DNA of 29,593 nucleotides from a bacterium. GTDB lineage: Bacteria > Hinthialibacterota > Hinthialibacteria > Hinthialibacterales > Hinthialibacteraceae. The position numbers and the translations under genes were made by a program. The notes beneath the pieces are model-generated. The model worked only from the letters and a program-made list of their open reading frames with translations. It had not been told where the DNA came from and ran no database searches. Below, piece by piece: positions 1-8,774 of this stretch (the first letter of the stretch is position 1; each line of letters begins with the position of its first letter). The stretch is from positions 1-29,593 of the forward strand of contig JBHGBC010000063.1 in assembly GCA_041946805.1 (NCBI GenBank). Reading direction: 5' to 3'.

Positions 1-356
1 CAGACATCCGTCTTGTCGAACATGAGGATGTCATCGGTGGCGTCGATCGCCACATACAGATTATTCGCGTCATTCATGACATAAATGATGACGCTGCTGT
101 CTGCCGCGGACTGGAAGCCATCATTGTTCGGTCCGCCGATCGTGGAGGAATCGGGGCCTGTCATTCCTGGACGGATGGCGTCCGATCCGTCGAAATTAAT
201 GCGAGCGGCCTCCTTCCACTCACCGGCGGTCAATACTCCATCCAAGACCGGCGCCTTGGATGCCCACCCCGAAACCAGGGTTTGTTCTTGCGCGAATGCG
301 GAGCAAACCACCATTCCCAACATGAACACGATCAGACCTCTTTTCCCTATTGCCAT
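1..356 (-). CDS. Secreted CBM9/DOMON-like sugar-binding protein, 5' part (runs off the left edge)
   Basis: Translated by hand: ATG at 356 with GGGAGG RBS at 365-370. Reads MAIGKRGLIVFMLGMVVCSAFA|QEQ...KAPVLDGVLTAGEW...VMNDANNLYVAIDATDD..., open to the window edge. Has a signal peptide and the same AP.xDG and D..LYVA...DD motifs as 5167-6636 and 7014-8513. Confidence 0.85.
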   Translation of the reverse strand, partial: MAIGKRGLIVFMLGMVVCSAFAQEQTLVSGWASKAPVLDGVLTAGEWKEAARINFDGSDAIRPGMTGPDSSTIGGPNNDGFQSAADSSVIIYVMNDANNLYVAIDATDDILMFDKTDV

Positions 357-415
357 AATAAGCACCTCCCACACGCGAGTTTGTACTTCATTTCTCCGAA
401 GAGAGAAACATTCGA

Positions 416-444
416 TTGACGGATTATAAATCCTATCATAAGAT
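416..444 (+). promoter_or_regulatory. Sigma70-type promoter for the TPR/CRTAC1 genes
   Basis: TTGACG (416-421), 17-nt spacer, TAAGAT (439-444) in an AT-rich intergenic region. Confidence 0.55.
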
Positions 445-459
445 AACCGCCGATGTCAA
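430..459 (-). promoter_or_regulatory. Sigma70-type promoter for the CBM9-like gene at 356
   Basis: Minus strand: TTGACA (459-454), 18-nt spacer, TAGGAT (435-430), with an extended -10 TGn. Confidence 0.55.
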
Positions 460-533
460 ACGTGTTTTTGCTAATATTTTTTATGAAAATTACAATACTT
501 GATAAATTTGATAAATTTTGTTATGTATAGGCG

Positions 534-1706
534 ATGAAACCATCTTCCGGAATGAGGGAATTGGATGTTGATCGCTTATGGCGGCGCCGGCATGGGACAA
601 CCGCCATGGCCACCAAGGAAATGATCGCCCAAGTTTGCGTGTTTTTGTCCAGTCTCATTTTATTATTGGTTCTTTCGCCCCACCTTTATTCTCAACAACC
701 GCCTTCCGCCGGGGAGACAGACGCCTATGTATTGGCCGTGGTTCAGGATGTTTTGGACCGATACCCGGAAGACGCGGAATCGTATTTCAACGCGGGGCAG
801 GCGCATGGGCGCGCGGGGCGGTATAAAGACGCGATCGAGGCGTTTCTCAAAGGTCTGTCGATCAATCCCAACCGCCCCGATATTTACAAGGCGCTGGCGA
901 CCTTAGCCATCCGGTGCGACCGGGAGGAGGAAGCGGCCGGATTCTTGCAGGAGGCCGTGCAGCGGTTCCCCACCGCACCGAATTTTCATGAACGGTTGGG
1001 TTTGGCGCTGCTGCACTTGGGCCGTCTCGACGAGGCGTTGGCGGCTTTTCAAAAGGAGAAGGAGATCAGCGGTTCCAACCCCTATATTGCGTGTTATATG
1101 GGTGAAATCCATCTCCAAAAGAAAGAGTGGGATCGTGCCCAACTGTTTTTGGAGGAAGCGGTCCGTCTAGGACCGGAAATTCCCCAGCCGTATTATTCCC
1201 TGGCTCAGGTTTACGTGAAGCAAGGGAACCGCTTGCGAGCGGGAGAACTGCTGCAAACGTTTCGCGTGTTGAAGGCCAAGGCGGAAGAGGAAGCCGACCG
1301 GGCGCCCAAGCCTTCCGACGCCCAGAATCTGAACCGGTCCAAGGCGGCCGCGCACCGGGATGCGGGACGGGCCTATTTGTTGCATAATGAATTGGCGAAA
1401 GCGGAAGAACATTTCCGCAAGGCGATCCAGTTCGATCCGGAAGAAGTGTCCTGCCGCGCCCAGTTAGCCGATATGTTTTTGCGGGGGAAACGGAATTATC
1501 CCGAAGCCCTGGAATTAACCCGGACTCTCACAAAACTTGCGCCCACCGCGGCGCATTACTATTTGTTGAGTTGGGCTTGTTATGAAAACCACCTGTTGGA
1601 TGAAGCGATGGCGGCTTGCCAGAAGTCCGTGGAATTGGAACCGGCTAACCCGGTGTTCCAGAAACGGTATCAGCAGTTCCTGCAGGCCCGTTCAGGGTCG
1701 AAATAA
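534..1706 (+). CDS. Exported tetratricopeptide repeat protein (true start probably ATG 607 or 621)
   Basis: Hydrophobic N-terminal segment followed by multiple TPR motifs (e.g. AESYFNAGQAHGRAGRYKDAIEAFLKGLSINP, AHRDAGRAYLLHNELAKAEEHFRKAIQFDP). Confidence 0.9.
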   Translation: MKPSSGMRELDVDRLWRRRHGTTAMATKEMIAQVCVFLSSLILLLVLSPHLYSQQPPSAGETDAYVLAVVQDVLDRYPEDAESYFNAGQAHGRAGRYKDAIEAFLKGLSINPNRPDIYKALATLAIRCDREEEAAGFLQEAVQRFPTAPNFHERLGLALLHLGRLDEALAAFQKEKEISGSNPYIACYMGEIHLQKKEWDRAQLFLEEAVRLGPEIPQPYYSLAQVYVKQGNRLRAGELLQTFRVLKAKAEEEADRAPKPSDAQNLNRSKAAAHRDAGRAYLLHNELAKAEEHFRKAIQFDPEEVSCRAQLADMFLRGKRNYPEALELTRTLTKLAPTAAHYYLLSWACYENHLLDEAMAACQKSVELEPANPVFQKRYQQFLQARSGSK

Positions 1707-1728
1707 TCGGATTCCCAGTGACTGGCGG

Positions 1729-3369
1729 GTGATAGGGTTTTTTTTCGTTTGGGCGTGGACCGGTTCCGTCCAGGCCCGGAATCCGGTTGTCTATACGGAT
1801 GTGACACAAGACTCGGGCATCGCGTTCGTGCATACCGACGGGAGCGGGGGACGTTACTTTATCACCGAGACCGTCGCGTCCGGATTGGGGCTCCTCGACT
1901 ATGATCTGGATGGGGATCTGGACATTTATTTCGTGAATGGAGCTCCCTTGCCGGGAACGGAGACCCGGGAACCTCCGCTGGACCGCCTGTACCGTAACGA
2001 TGGAAATTGGAAATTCACCGATGTGACCCTCCAGGCCGGCGTGGGAGATCCGGGCTACGGGATCGGATGCGCCGTGGGGGATTATGACAACGACGGAGAT
2101 CCGGATCTTTATATTACTAACTCCGGCCCGAATGTGTTGTATCGCAACAATGGCGATGGAACCTTCAGCGATGTTACCGAAAAGGCGGGCGTGGGGGACC
2201 GCCAATTCGGGGCCGGCGCGGCATTCGCTGATTTCGATGGCGATGGATGGCTGGATTTGTATGTGGGAAATTACTTGGTGGAAGACATGGGGAACCATTC
2301 GCCCGCCATGGTGCGGGGATTCAAACGCTATTCATCCCCCAGTGATGGAGGCCAGTACCCGCGGCCGCCGGACGTGTTGTACCGGAATAACCGCGACGGC
2401 ACGTTCACGGATATCAGCCGGGAATCAGGCATCACTGCGGCGGCGGGATTGTCGCTCGGCCTGGTGTGTTCCGATGTGGATAACGATGGAGACCTGGATG
2501 TCTATGTGGCATGCGACGTCACCGAGAACCTGCTGTGGATCAACGACGGAAAGGGGAAATTCACGGAATCCGGATTGCTCCAGGGTTGCGCGTATGATTT
2601 TAACGGCGACGAACAAGGCAGCATGGGAGTGGCCGCCGGCGATCCCGACAACGACGGAGATACCGACATTTACGTCACCAATTATCAATATCAATACAAT
2701 ACTTATTATCAGAATGACGGCTTGGGATTTTTCATGGATACCGGAATCACCGCGGGGGTGATCACCGACACGTTCTCCAAGGTGGGCTGGGGCACGGGAT
2801 TCCTCGATTACGATAACGACGGGGACCAGGATCTGTTCGTGGCCAACGGCCACTTGCAGGACACGATCGATTCATGGGACCAAACCACGAATTACCGGCA
2901 ACGGAATATGTTATTCCGCAATAATGGAACCGGATTGTTTACGGACGTGACCACACAATCCGGCGCGGGATTGTCGGTTTTGAAAAGTTCCCGGGGAGCC
3001 GCTTTCGGGGATCTGGATAACGATGGGGACCTGGACATCGTGATCAATAATTCCCGTGACCGGCCGACCTTGCTGCGCAACGATGACGGAAACCAAGGCC
3101 ATTGGATCCAATTCGACTTGCACGGAACCCAATGCAACCGGGACGCCGTGGGGGCGCGGATTTATGTCACCTGCGGAGGCAAGGGACAGTTTCGGGAACG
3201 GTTCGCCGGCGGCAGTTATTGCAGTTCGAGCGATCCCCGTCTGCATTTTGGATTGGGGGAGGCCGCCCCGATCGACCGGGTAGAAATCGTTTGGCCCGGC
3301 GGTCATAAGGAACTCTTGGAAAAGGTTTACGTGGATCGGATTCTCTCCCTACGCGAAGGGAGTCCGTGA
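1729..3369 (+). CDS. CRTAC1-family protein (FG-GAP/VCBS repeats + C-terminal ASPIC/UnbV domain); start uncertain
   Basis: Repeated DxDxDGDxDxY and LYRNNGDGTFxDVT motifs; C-terminal NRDAVGARI...GGSYCSSSDPRLHFGLG...IVWPGG. The ORF-track start 1582 overlaps the TPR gene; GTG 1729 begins a signal-like segment. Confidence 0.9.
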   Translation: MIGFFFVWAWTGSVQARNPVVYTDVTQDSGIAFVHTDGSGGRYFITETVASGLGLLDYDLDGDLDIYFVNGAPLPGTETREPPLDRLYRNDGNWKFTDVTLQAGVGDPGYGIGCAVGDYDNDGDPDLYITNSGPNVLYRNNGDGTFSDVTEKAGVGDRQFGAGAAFADFDGDGWLDLYVGNYLVEDMGNHSPAMVRGFKRYSSPSDGGQYPRPPDVLYRNNRDGTFTDISRESGITAAAGLSLGLVCSDVDNDGDLDVYVACDVTENLLWINDGKGKFTESGLLQGCAYDFNGDEQGSMGVAAGDPDNDGDTDIYVTNYQYQYNTYYQNDGLGFFMDTGITAGVITDTFSKVGWGTGFLDYDNDGDQDLFVANGHLQDTIDSWDQTTNYRQRNMLFRNNGTGLFTDVTTQSGAGLSVLKSSRGAAFGDLDNDGDLDIVINNSRDRPTLLRNDDGNQGHWIQFDLHGTQCNRDAVGARIYVTCGGKGQFRERFAGGSYCSSSDPRLHFGLGEAAPIDRVEIVWPGGHKELLEKVYVDRILSLREGSP

Positions 3370-3408
3370 AGATTATGCCCCAGGTTGCCGTTTACGGCTA
3401 TACATCAT

Positions 3409-3436
3409 GGACCTGTAGGATTATATGGGTCCTTTT
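3409..3436 (+). terminator. Possible intrinsic terminator after the CRTAC1 gene
   Basis: GGACCTGTA-N6-TATGGGTCC hairpin (2 G-U pairs) followed by TTTTCATTTT. Confidence 0.35.
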
Positions 3437-3511
3437 CATTTTGGTTTGTTCCCGGGCTTGTGCCGGATTTAAGCCGGTAAAACCATTTCACGGTTGATTT
3501 GTTCAGATCCC

Positions 3512-5104
3512 ATGCGTGAGCGAATCGTGTGTGTACTGGGCATTCTGGGTTTGTGGGCGGTCTTGTATCTTCCCGGTCTGGGGCGGATCGAGATGGAACA
3601 CGAGGAAGGCCGGCGCGCCCTGGCGGCCCGGGAGATGCTCCAAAGCGGATCCTGGATCCATGCCACCGTCTTGCAGGAAACGTATCTCAACAAGCCGCCG
3701 GGATTTTCATGGTTGATTCTTCTGGCTTCCAGCCTCACGCGCCGGGTGAACGAATGGAGCGTGCGGTTTCCCTCCGCCCTGGCCACGCTGGCCACGGCGC
3801 TCTTGGTGTGTTCGTTTGCTCCAGAGGTTTGGAGCGCCCGCGCGCGGTTTCTCGCCGCCGCGCTGTTTCTCCTGACCTTCCTAACCAGCGAGAAGGGCCG
3901 CCAGGGAGAGATCGACGCGGCCTTCGTCCTTTTTGTCTGGGCCTCGTTGCGGGCCGCCTGGTGCAGCAGGGGGCCGGGTGCGCGCGGAGCCGGGTGGTGT
4001 ATATCCGGGTTGTGGCTTGGCGGAGCTTTTCTCCTCAAGGGTCCGCCGGCCTTGTTGTTTTATTATGGAACGTTGCTCCCCTTTCATTATTATGGGAACC
4101 GTTGCCGTCCGTGGTTGTTGTCGCGCGTCCAGATATGGATCGGGCTGGGCTTCGCGGCGGTGGTGGCGGTCTGGTTGGTTCCTCTGCTAGCGATCCTGGG
4201 TTGGCAGCCGTTATGGGAAACCCTGGTCCGGGAAATCGGCCAACGGGGGGCTTCGTCACACGTTTTTTTCAAGGATCATGCTGGTTTCATCATCAGTCTG
4301 GCGGGGGGAATGCTGCCAGGAGTCTTGTGGCTTCCCGCGTATTTCGGCCGTCACCGCTGGAAGGATGCCCATTCCCGAAATCAGGAGGCGCGGACTTTCC
4401 TGCTCTGCCTGCTGACCGCTCCTTTGCTTTTCTTTCTCTACTTTCCAGGGGCCCGCGCCCGGTATATGTATCCGGCCGCGCCTGCCGTGGCTTGTCTCGC
4501 CGCCTGGGCTTGGGACCGGGCCCGGGATGATCTCCGGGATCCCTTTTTGCGGATCCCCCATGCCATTTTTGCCTGGTCGGCCATCGCCGGAGGAGGAGCA
4601 GCCGCCATCTGGGCGGGGTGGGTGGCCTGGAACCGTCCGTCCCACATGATTTTCTTTGGGTTGATGGGCAGTTCCGCCTGCCTGCTGACTGCCTGGCTGG
4701 GGGCGCGGTTCCGGGACCGGTTCCGTTTTTCCGCGGCCGTGGCGCAAATCCTGGCGCTGGCTTGTCTGGTCCTGGTCAGCGTCCAGGCGCGTGTGGTGAA
4801 GCAGGAATCCATGCACGAATGGCGCGATGCCGCCCGGCGGATCATGGATGCCGTCCCGCCCGGATCGCCGTTGTATACGCTGCCGTGGGACTATTTCGGC
4901 TTGTTTTATTACGTCGAGCAGCCGGTGATCCATATCCAGGATTTATCTGGTCTGCCGCCCGGCGCGGGGGATTATTTCGTGGTTTATGGCGCGAACGCTG
5001 GACGGTCCTCTTGGAAACAGGTGGAGGTAACCGGCTTCGAACCAGTCCCCTTACCCAAGGGATCCATGATCTGGATTATTCACTTGAGGAAAAATCCGGG
5101 ATAA
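3512..5104 (+). CDS. ArnT/GT39-like (PMT_2) polytopic membrane glycosyltransferase
   Basis: EEGRRALAAREM...YLNKPPGFSW...EWSVRFPSALA, LLKGPPAL and RYMYP motifs; many TM helices. Confidence 0.85.
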   Translation: MRERIVCVLGILGLWAVLYLPGLGRIEMEHEEGRRALAAREMLQSGSWIHATVLQETYLNKPPGFSWLILLASSLTRRVNEWSVRFPSALATLATALLVCSFAPEVWSARARFLAAALFLLTFLTSEKGRQGEIDAAFVLFVWASLRAAWCSRGPGARGAGWCISGLWLGGAFLLKGPPALLFYYGTLLPFHYYGNRCRPWLLSRVQIWIGLGFAAVVAVWLVPLLAILGWQPLWETLVREIGQRGASSHVFFKDHAGFIISLAGGMLPGVLWLPAYFGRHRWKDAHSRNQEARTFLLCLLTAPLLFFLYFPGARARYMYPAAPAVACLAAWAWDRARDDLRDPFLRIPHAIFAWSAIAGGGAAAIWAGWVAWNRPSHMIFFGLMGSSACLLTAWLGARFRDRFRFSAAVAQILALACLVLVSVQARVVKQESMHEWRDAARRIMDAVPPGSPLYTLPWDYFGLFYYVEQPVIHIQDLSGLPPGAGDYFVVYGANAGRSSWKQVEVTGFEPVPLPKGSMIWIIHLRKNPG

Positions 5105-5139
5105 AAAAACGGCGGGCAGCCTCGAGTGAGACTGCCCGC
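5103..5139 (-). terminator. Intrinsic terminator of the CBM9-like gene 5167-6636
   Basis: Minus strand: GCGGGCAGTCTC-ACTC-GAGGCTGCCCGC, then CG and T7. Confidence 0.8.
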
Positions 5140-5166
5140 GGACTGGATTGGAACAAGAGGACCAGG

Positions 5167-6636
5167 TCAGTACAACGACCACTCCGTCACGGAGACCGCA
5201 CCGGCGGAGAGGACGATTTCCCCGTAGCTCAGTTCATTGTGGGGATAACCGTTCCAGTTCATCTGCGCTTCGCGGTTCGCGCCGTCGTCATCGTTGACGT
5301 CGATGTCAAAGCCCATGGTGGCGCCGTCCGTTACACCCATGAGGGTGGCTTTCGGGACTCTGAATTCGATTTGATATCCCTTGGAAGTAGTGGAGGTGGC
5401 GGCAAACCAATCCATGTCGGCCCCGAAGGTGGGATTGTTGGCTTCGTTGTCCCGCCACGCGCCGTTGGCCGTCATGACGAATTGTCCCTCGTATAGATTG
5501 GTGCTGCTGTGACCACTTTCCTTGTCATTGTCCGCGTCGAACAAGATTTCCGCGGAGTCATCCTCCCAGGTGGAACCGTCTTCTGAACCGGCATCCGCCG
5601 AATCGGTTACAATAGTATCGTCGGTCACATCGACCGCTACGTATATGGCGTCGTTGTCATGAACCGCCCAGAAGGAATAACTGAGGTCGGTGGGTTCGAA
5701 GGCGTCGTCGCCGGCGTTGATGTCGAAGGTGGAGTTGAAGGAATTTTGATCGACCTTCTGCGCGCCCGTGTATTCAGAGGCGTTGATCTTGCCATCCACG
5801 ACCGGAGCGGTGGCCACTTTGGGAGCGGTGTATTTCTTGACGCCCAGCAACAGGTTTCCGTATGTGACTTCGGTGTGAGGAAGTCCGGCCCACATCAGCT
5901 GCCGTTCATTGCCCGTGCCGTCGTCATCGTCATCGACCCCGATGGTGAAGCCGAGAATATCACCGGCTTTGGGATTCCCGAGTTTGGCCAGCGAAATCCG
6001 GAATTCCGCTTCGTAGCCCGTGCCATCGGCCAGAACCGAGGTTTGCGCGTACCATTCCGCGTCGGGCCCAAACGCGGGATTGCCGGCCTCCGCGTCCCGG
6101 TACGCGTTGTTGGCGGTAATGACGAATTGGCCGCCCGTGGCCACGATGTCGGCCAGGGTGCCGGATGTGTCACGGGTCTCGTAGTTGCTGTTGTCCCCGT
6201 CCACGAAGACTTCCACGGCATCGTCCATCCAGGTGCTGCCGTTTTCGGAATTCTCGGCCGCGTCGTCCGTGGTGATGAAGTCGTCGGTCACGCGCACCGC
6301 CACATAGAGATTATTCGCGTCGTAACCTACCCAGAACCGCATGCCGATGTCGTTGGCATCGAATGGTTCGGTGGTCGCGTCCCCGAGCGCCCCTCCCCGG
6401 AACAGGTCTTCCTTCGTATCGTCATAATAAACCCGCCAGTAGGAGTCACTGCCGCCGGGCGTGGCGCCGCCCGCCCATTGCCAGACATCCAACTCATCGA
6501 TCACGCCATCGATGGTGGGCGCCCCGGGCAGGGGCAAGGCGATCTGGAACTTGGTGGGATCAAGCGTCGTCCGGTCCGCCACGACGGTTCCTGCCGCGCA
6601 GGCCATGAGCATGGCAAAAATCAGGATCTTTTTCAT
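5167..6636 (-). CDS. Secreted protein with two tandem CBM9/DOMON-like domains and C-terminal VTEWSLY
   Basis: ATG 6636 with GGAGG at 6646-6650; signal peptide MKKILIFAMLMACAAGTVVA; internal duplication of APxxDG, YVAVxVTDD, GSTWxDDxxE, GYxxEFR and GFxIxVxDDD motifs. Confidence 0.85.
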   Translation of the reverse strand: MKKILIFAMLMACAAGTVVADRTTLDPTKFQIALPLPGAPTIDGVIDELDVWQWAGGATPGGSDSYWRVYYDDTKEDLFRGGALGDATTEPFDANDIGMRFWVGYDANNLYVAVRVTDDFITTDDAAENSENGSTWMDDAVEVFVDGDNSNYETRDTSGTLADIVATGGQFVITANNAYRDAEAGNPAFGPDAEWYAQTSVLADGTGYEAEFRISLAKLGNPKAGDILGFTIGVDDDDDGTGNERQLMWAGLPHTEVTYGNLLLGVKKYTAPKVATAPVVDGKINASEYTGAQKVDQNSFNSTFDINAGDDAFEPTDLSYSFWAVHDNDAIYVAVDVTDDTIVTDSADAGSEDGSTWEDDSAEILFDADNDKESGHSSTNLYEGQFVMTANGAWRDNEANNPTFGADMDWFAATSTTSKGYQIEFRVPKATLMGVTDGATMGFDIDVNDDDGANREAQMNWNGYPHNELSYGEIVLSAGAVSVTEWSLY

Positions 6637-6744
6637 TGGATGGATCCTCCAAATTTGGTTGGATTGTTCAAGTTTACCCCGCGTAGCATCCCGGTGTGAA
6701 AGACTGCCACGCCTGAGCACCAGAACATTGAATTCGGTGGGTTT

Positions 6745-6778
6745 ATTCTCTACCCGCGGCAATGGCTTTGTCAATCAA
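6745..6778 (-). promoter_or_regulatory. Putative promoter of 5167-6636
   Basis: Minus strand: TTGA-TTGACA-N18-GAGAAT; same layout as 8775-8808. Confidence 0.45.
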
Positions 6779-6950
6779 GCGAGTTAATTTTTTTAAAATA
6801 ATCCGGTTGTTGGATGGATAAACCCAGTACTGCGAGGAAGAAACACCGGCGGAATGCCCCTGCTGCATGGACGCCAAGGGCCCCAACGGCCCCATAATCC
6901 AAAAGGTCAGCACGATTGCCGTGGTTTTTCGGGCTGACCAGAATCCCTGG

Positions 6951-6983
6951 AAAAAAGAGGGCAGTCTCGTGTGAGACTGCCCC
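6951..6983 (-). terminator. Intrinsic terminator of the CBM9-like gene 7014-8513
   Basis: GGGCAGTCTC-N4-GAGACTGCCC perfect stem followed on the minus strand by TCTTTTTT. Confidence 0.8.
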
Positions 6984-7013
6984 CCGCGCGGTTGATAGGG
7001 AAAAATCATCCAC

Positions 7014-8513
7014 TCAGTACAAGGACCAATCAGGAACCGGGGTTCCGCCTTGAGATGAGAATGTCAAAACCCCGTAGGAGGCTTCGTAGTGCGCCCGCCC
7101 GGACCACATCAATTGGACTTTCCGGCCGGCGCCGTCATCGTCATTCACACCGAGGGAGAAGCCAATGAATGAATCGTCTTGCGGACTTTGAAACAGGGCT
7201 TTATTCAAGCGGAATTCGACTTGATACTCTTTCGCGGTGGCGAAGGCGGCGCCATACCAATCTCCGGATTCGCCGAACAGCGGATTGCTGGCTTCGTTGT
7301 CGCGCACCGCGCCGTTCGCCGTCACCACGTATTGACCTTCAAACGGAGGATGGACGCTGAGGTCGGAGTTAGTCTGGACCGTGCTCTTGTCATTGTTCGC
7401 GTCAAAGAAAATTTCTACCGAATCGTCTTCCCAGGTGGAGCCGTCTTCGGTACCGGCTTCAGCGGAATCGTTGGAGATCACGTCATCCGTCACATCCACC
7501 GCCACGTAGATGGCCTGGTCGTCGTGGGTGATCCAGACGTTATAGCTGAGATCGCCATCCGGCCAGTTGTCCGAGTCATCGCCCACTTCCCCATCGTAAT
7601 AACCAGTGTGCCGGTTGACGGAAAGGGTGGGAGCGTTGGCATATTCCGACGTGCCGATCTTCCCATCGATGGCCGGAGAGGTGCTGGTTTTCGGAGCGGT
7701 GTACTTTCGAGGGCCCAGGATCAGGTTGCCGTAAGTCGCCTCGGTGTGCGTTTGTCCGCACCAGATCACCTGGCGGGTCAGACCGGTATCGGAATCATTG
7801 ACCGCTACGCTGAAACCAATGATATCTCCCGTTTTCGGATTGCCGAGCGCCGCCAAGGAAATGCGGAATTCCGCGTCATAGCCGGTATCTGTCAAGGCTG
7901 TTTTGGCAAACCAGGCCTTGTCCGCGCCGTATCCCGGGTTGCCGGCTTCGGCTTCCCGGTAGGCGTTGTTGGCGGTGATGACGAACTGTCCGCCCGATCC
8001 CACCACTTCCGGATTGCTCCCCGTGGTATCGGACGATGCGAAATTGCTGTTGTCGCCGTCCACGAAGACCTCCACGCTGTCATCGAGCCAAGTACTGCCG
8101 TTGGCGGAATCGGGGGCGGCGTTGGTATTGAGGATTTCGGAGTCCGACACCCGCACGGCCACATACAAATTGGCGGCGTCATAACCGACCCAGACGTTGT
8201 AGCTGAGATCGGCGTTATCGAACGGGGCTTCCCCGGAACTCACGCTGCCCCATTGTACGAAATCTTCCAGGTTTTCATTGACCTGGATATGCCAGGAGTT
8301 GCCGGATCCGCCGATGGCGCCAGCCGCGTAGTCCCAGGATTCGACATCTCCCAGATCGATGTAGCCGTCGATGACCGGCGCCGTGGGTAAAGGAAACGCC
8401 ACAACCGTTTTGGTGGCATCGAGGGTGGTACGATCGGCCCATACATTGCCGTTGAACAGTCCGACGAAGAAAATCAATAATAGAAATGCCGCGAAAGTGA
8501 CATATGGCTTCAT
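7014..8513 (-). CDS. Secreted tandem CBM9/DOMON-like protein, paralog of 5167-6636, C-terminal VPDWSLY
   Basis: ATG 8513 with AGGAGA RBS; signal peptide ending VWA|DRTTLD; near-identical blocks to the neighbour (VEVFVDGDNSN, GGQFVITANNAYR, EDGSTWEDDS). Confidence 0.87.
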   Translation of the reverse strand: MKPYVTFAAFLLLIFFVGLFNGNVWADRTTLDATKTVVAFPLPTAPVIDGYIDLGDVESWDYAAGAIGGSGNSWHIQVNENLEDFVQWGSVSSGEAPFDNADLSYNVWVGYDAANLYVAVRVSDSEILNTNAAPDSANGSTWLDDSVEVFVDGDNSNFASSDTTGSNPEVVGSGGQFVITANNAYREAEAGNPGYGADKAWFAKTALTDTGYDAEFRISLAALGNPKTGDIIGFSVAVNDSDTGLTRQVIWCGQTHTEATYGNLILGPRKYTAPKTSTSPAIDGKIGTSEYANAPTLSVNRHTGYYDGEVGDDSDNWPDGDLSYNVWITHDDQAIYVAVDVTDDVISNDSAEAGTEDGSTWEDDSVEIFFDANNDKSTVQTNSDLSVHPPFEGQYVVTANGAVRDNEASNPLFGESGDWYGAAFATAKEYQVEFRLNKALFQSPQDDSFIGFSLGVNDDDGAGRKVQLMWSGRAHYEASYGVLTFSSQGGTPVPDWSLY

Positions 8514-8774
8514 ACAATTGTCTCCTACAGGACTAAATAAATCACCGGTGAATCATCCTTAACAAACAATTAGCTACTCGATGGCCTCCTTCCCCTCTTT
8601 CTGGCCTGAAACCGGCCTCCCGCTTTTCGATCCTGGTTGTTTGTCTGAAGCAAGAGTTTTTGATTATTTTTCTATATAACGTCCCTCCTTTGCAATTGAG
8701 GATTTTCCTGGTTCCCAAACAAGGAAACCTTATAAAGAAAGATATCCATCAAGCCGAGGAACCAGGACGGATTC

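Noticed and set aside
85..429. 114-aa plus-strand ORF
   Set aside because: Antisense shadow of the better supported minus-strand CBM9-like gene.
1582..1745. TPR-CRTAC1 frameshift fusion or phase variation at the T8 run (1738-1745)
   Set aside because: The TPR gene ends normally, the CRTAC1 protein has its own signal-like segment, and the run leaves the frame intact.
6637..6774. N-terminal extension of the CBM9-like ORF
   Set aside because: The RBS and signal peptide point to ATG 6636; the TTG is part of a -35 box.
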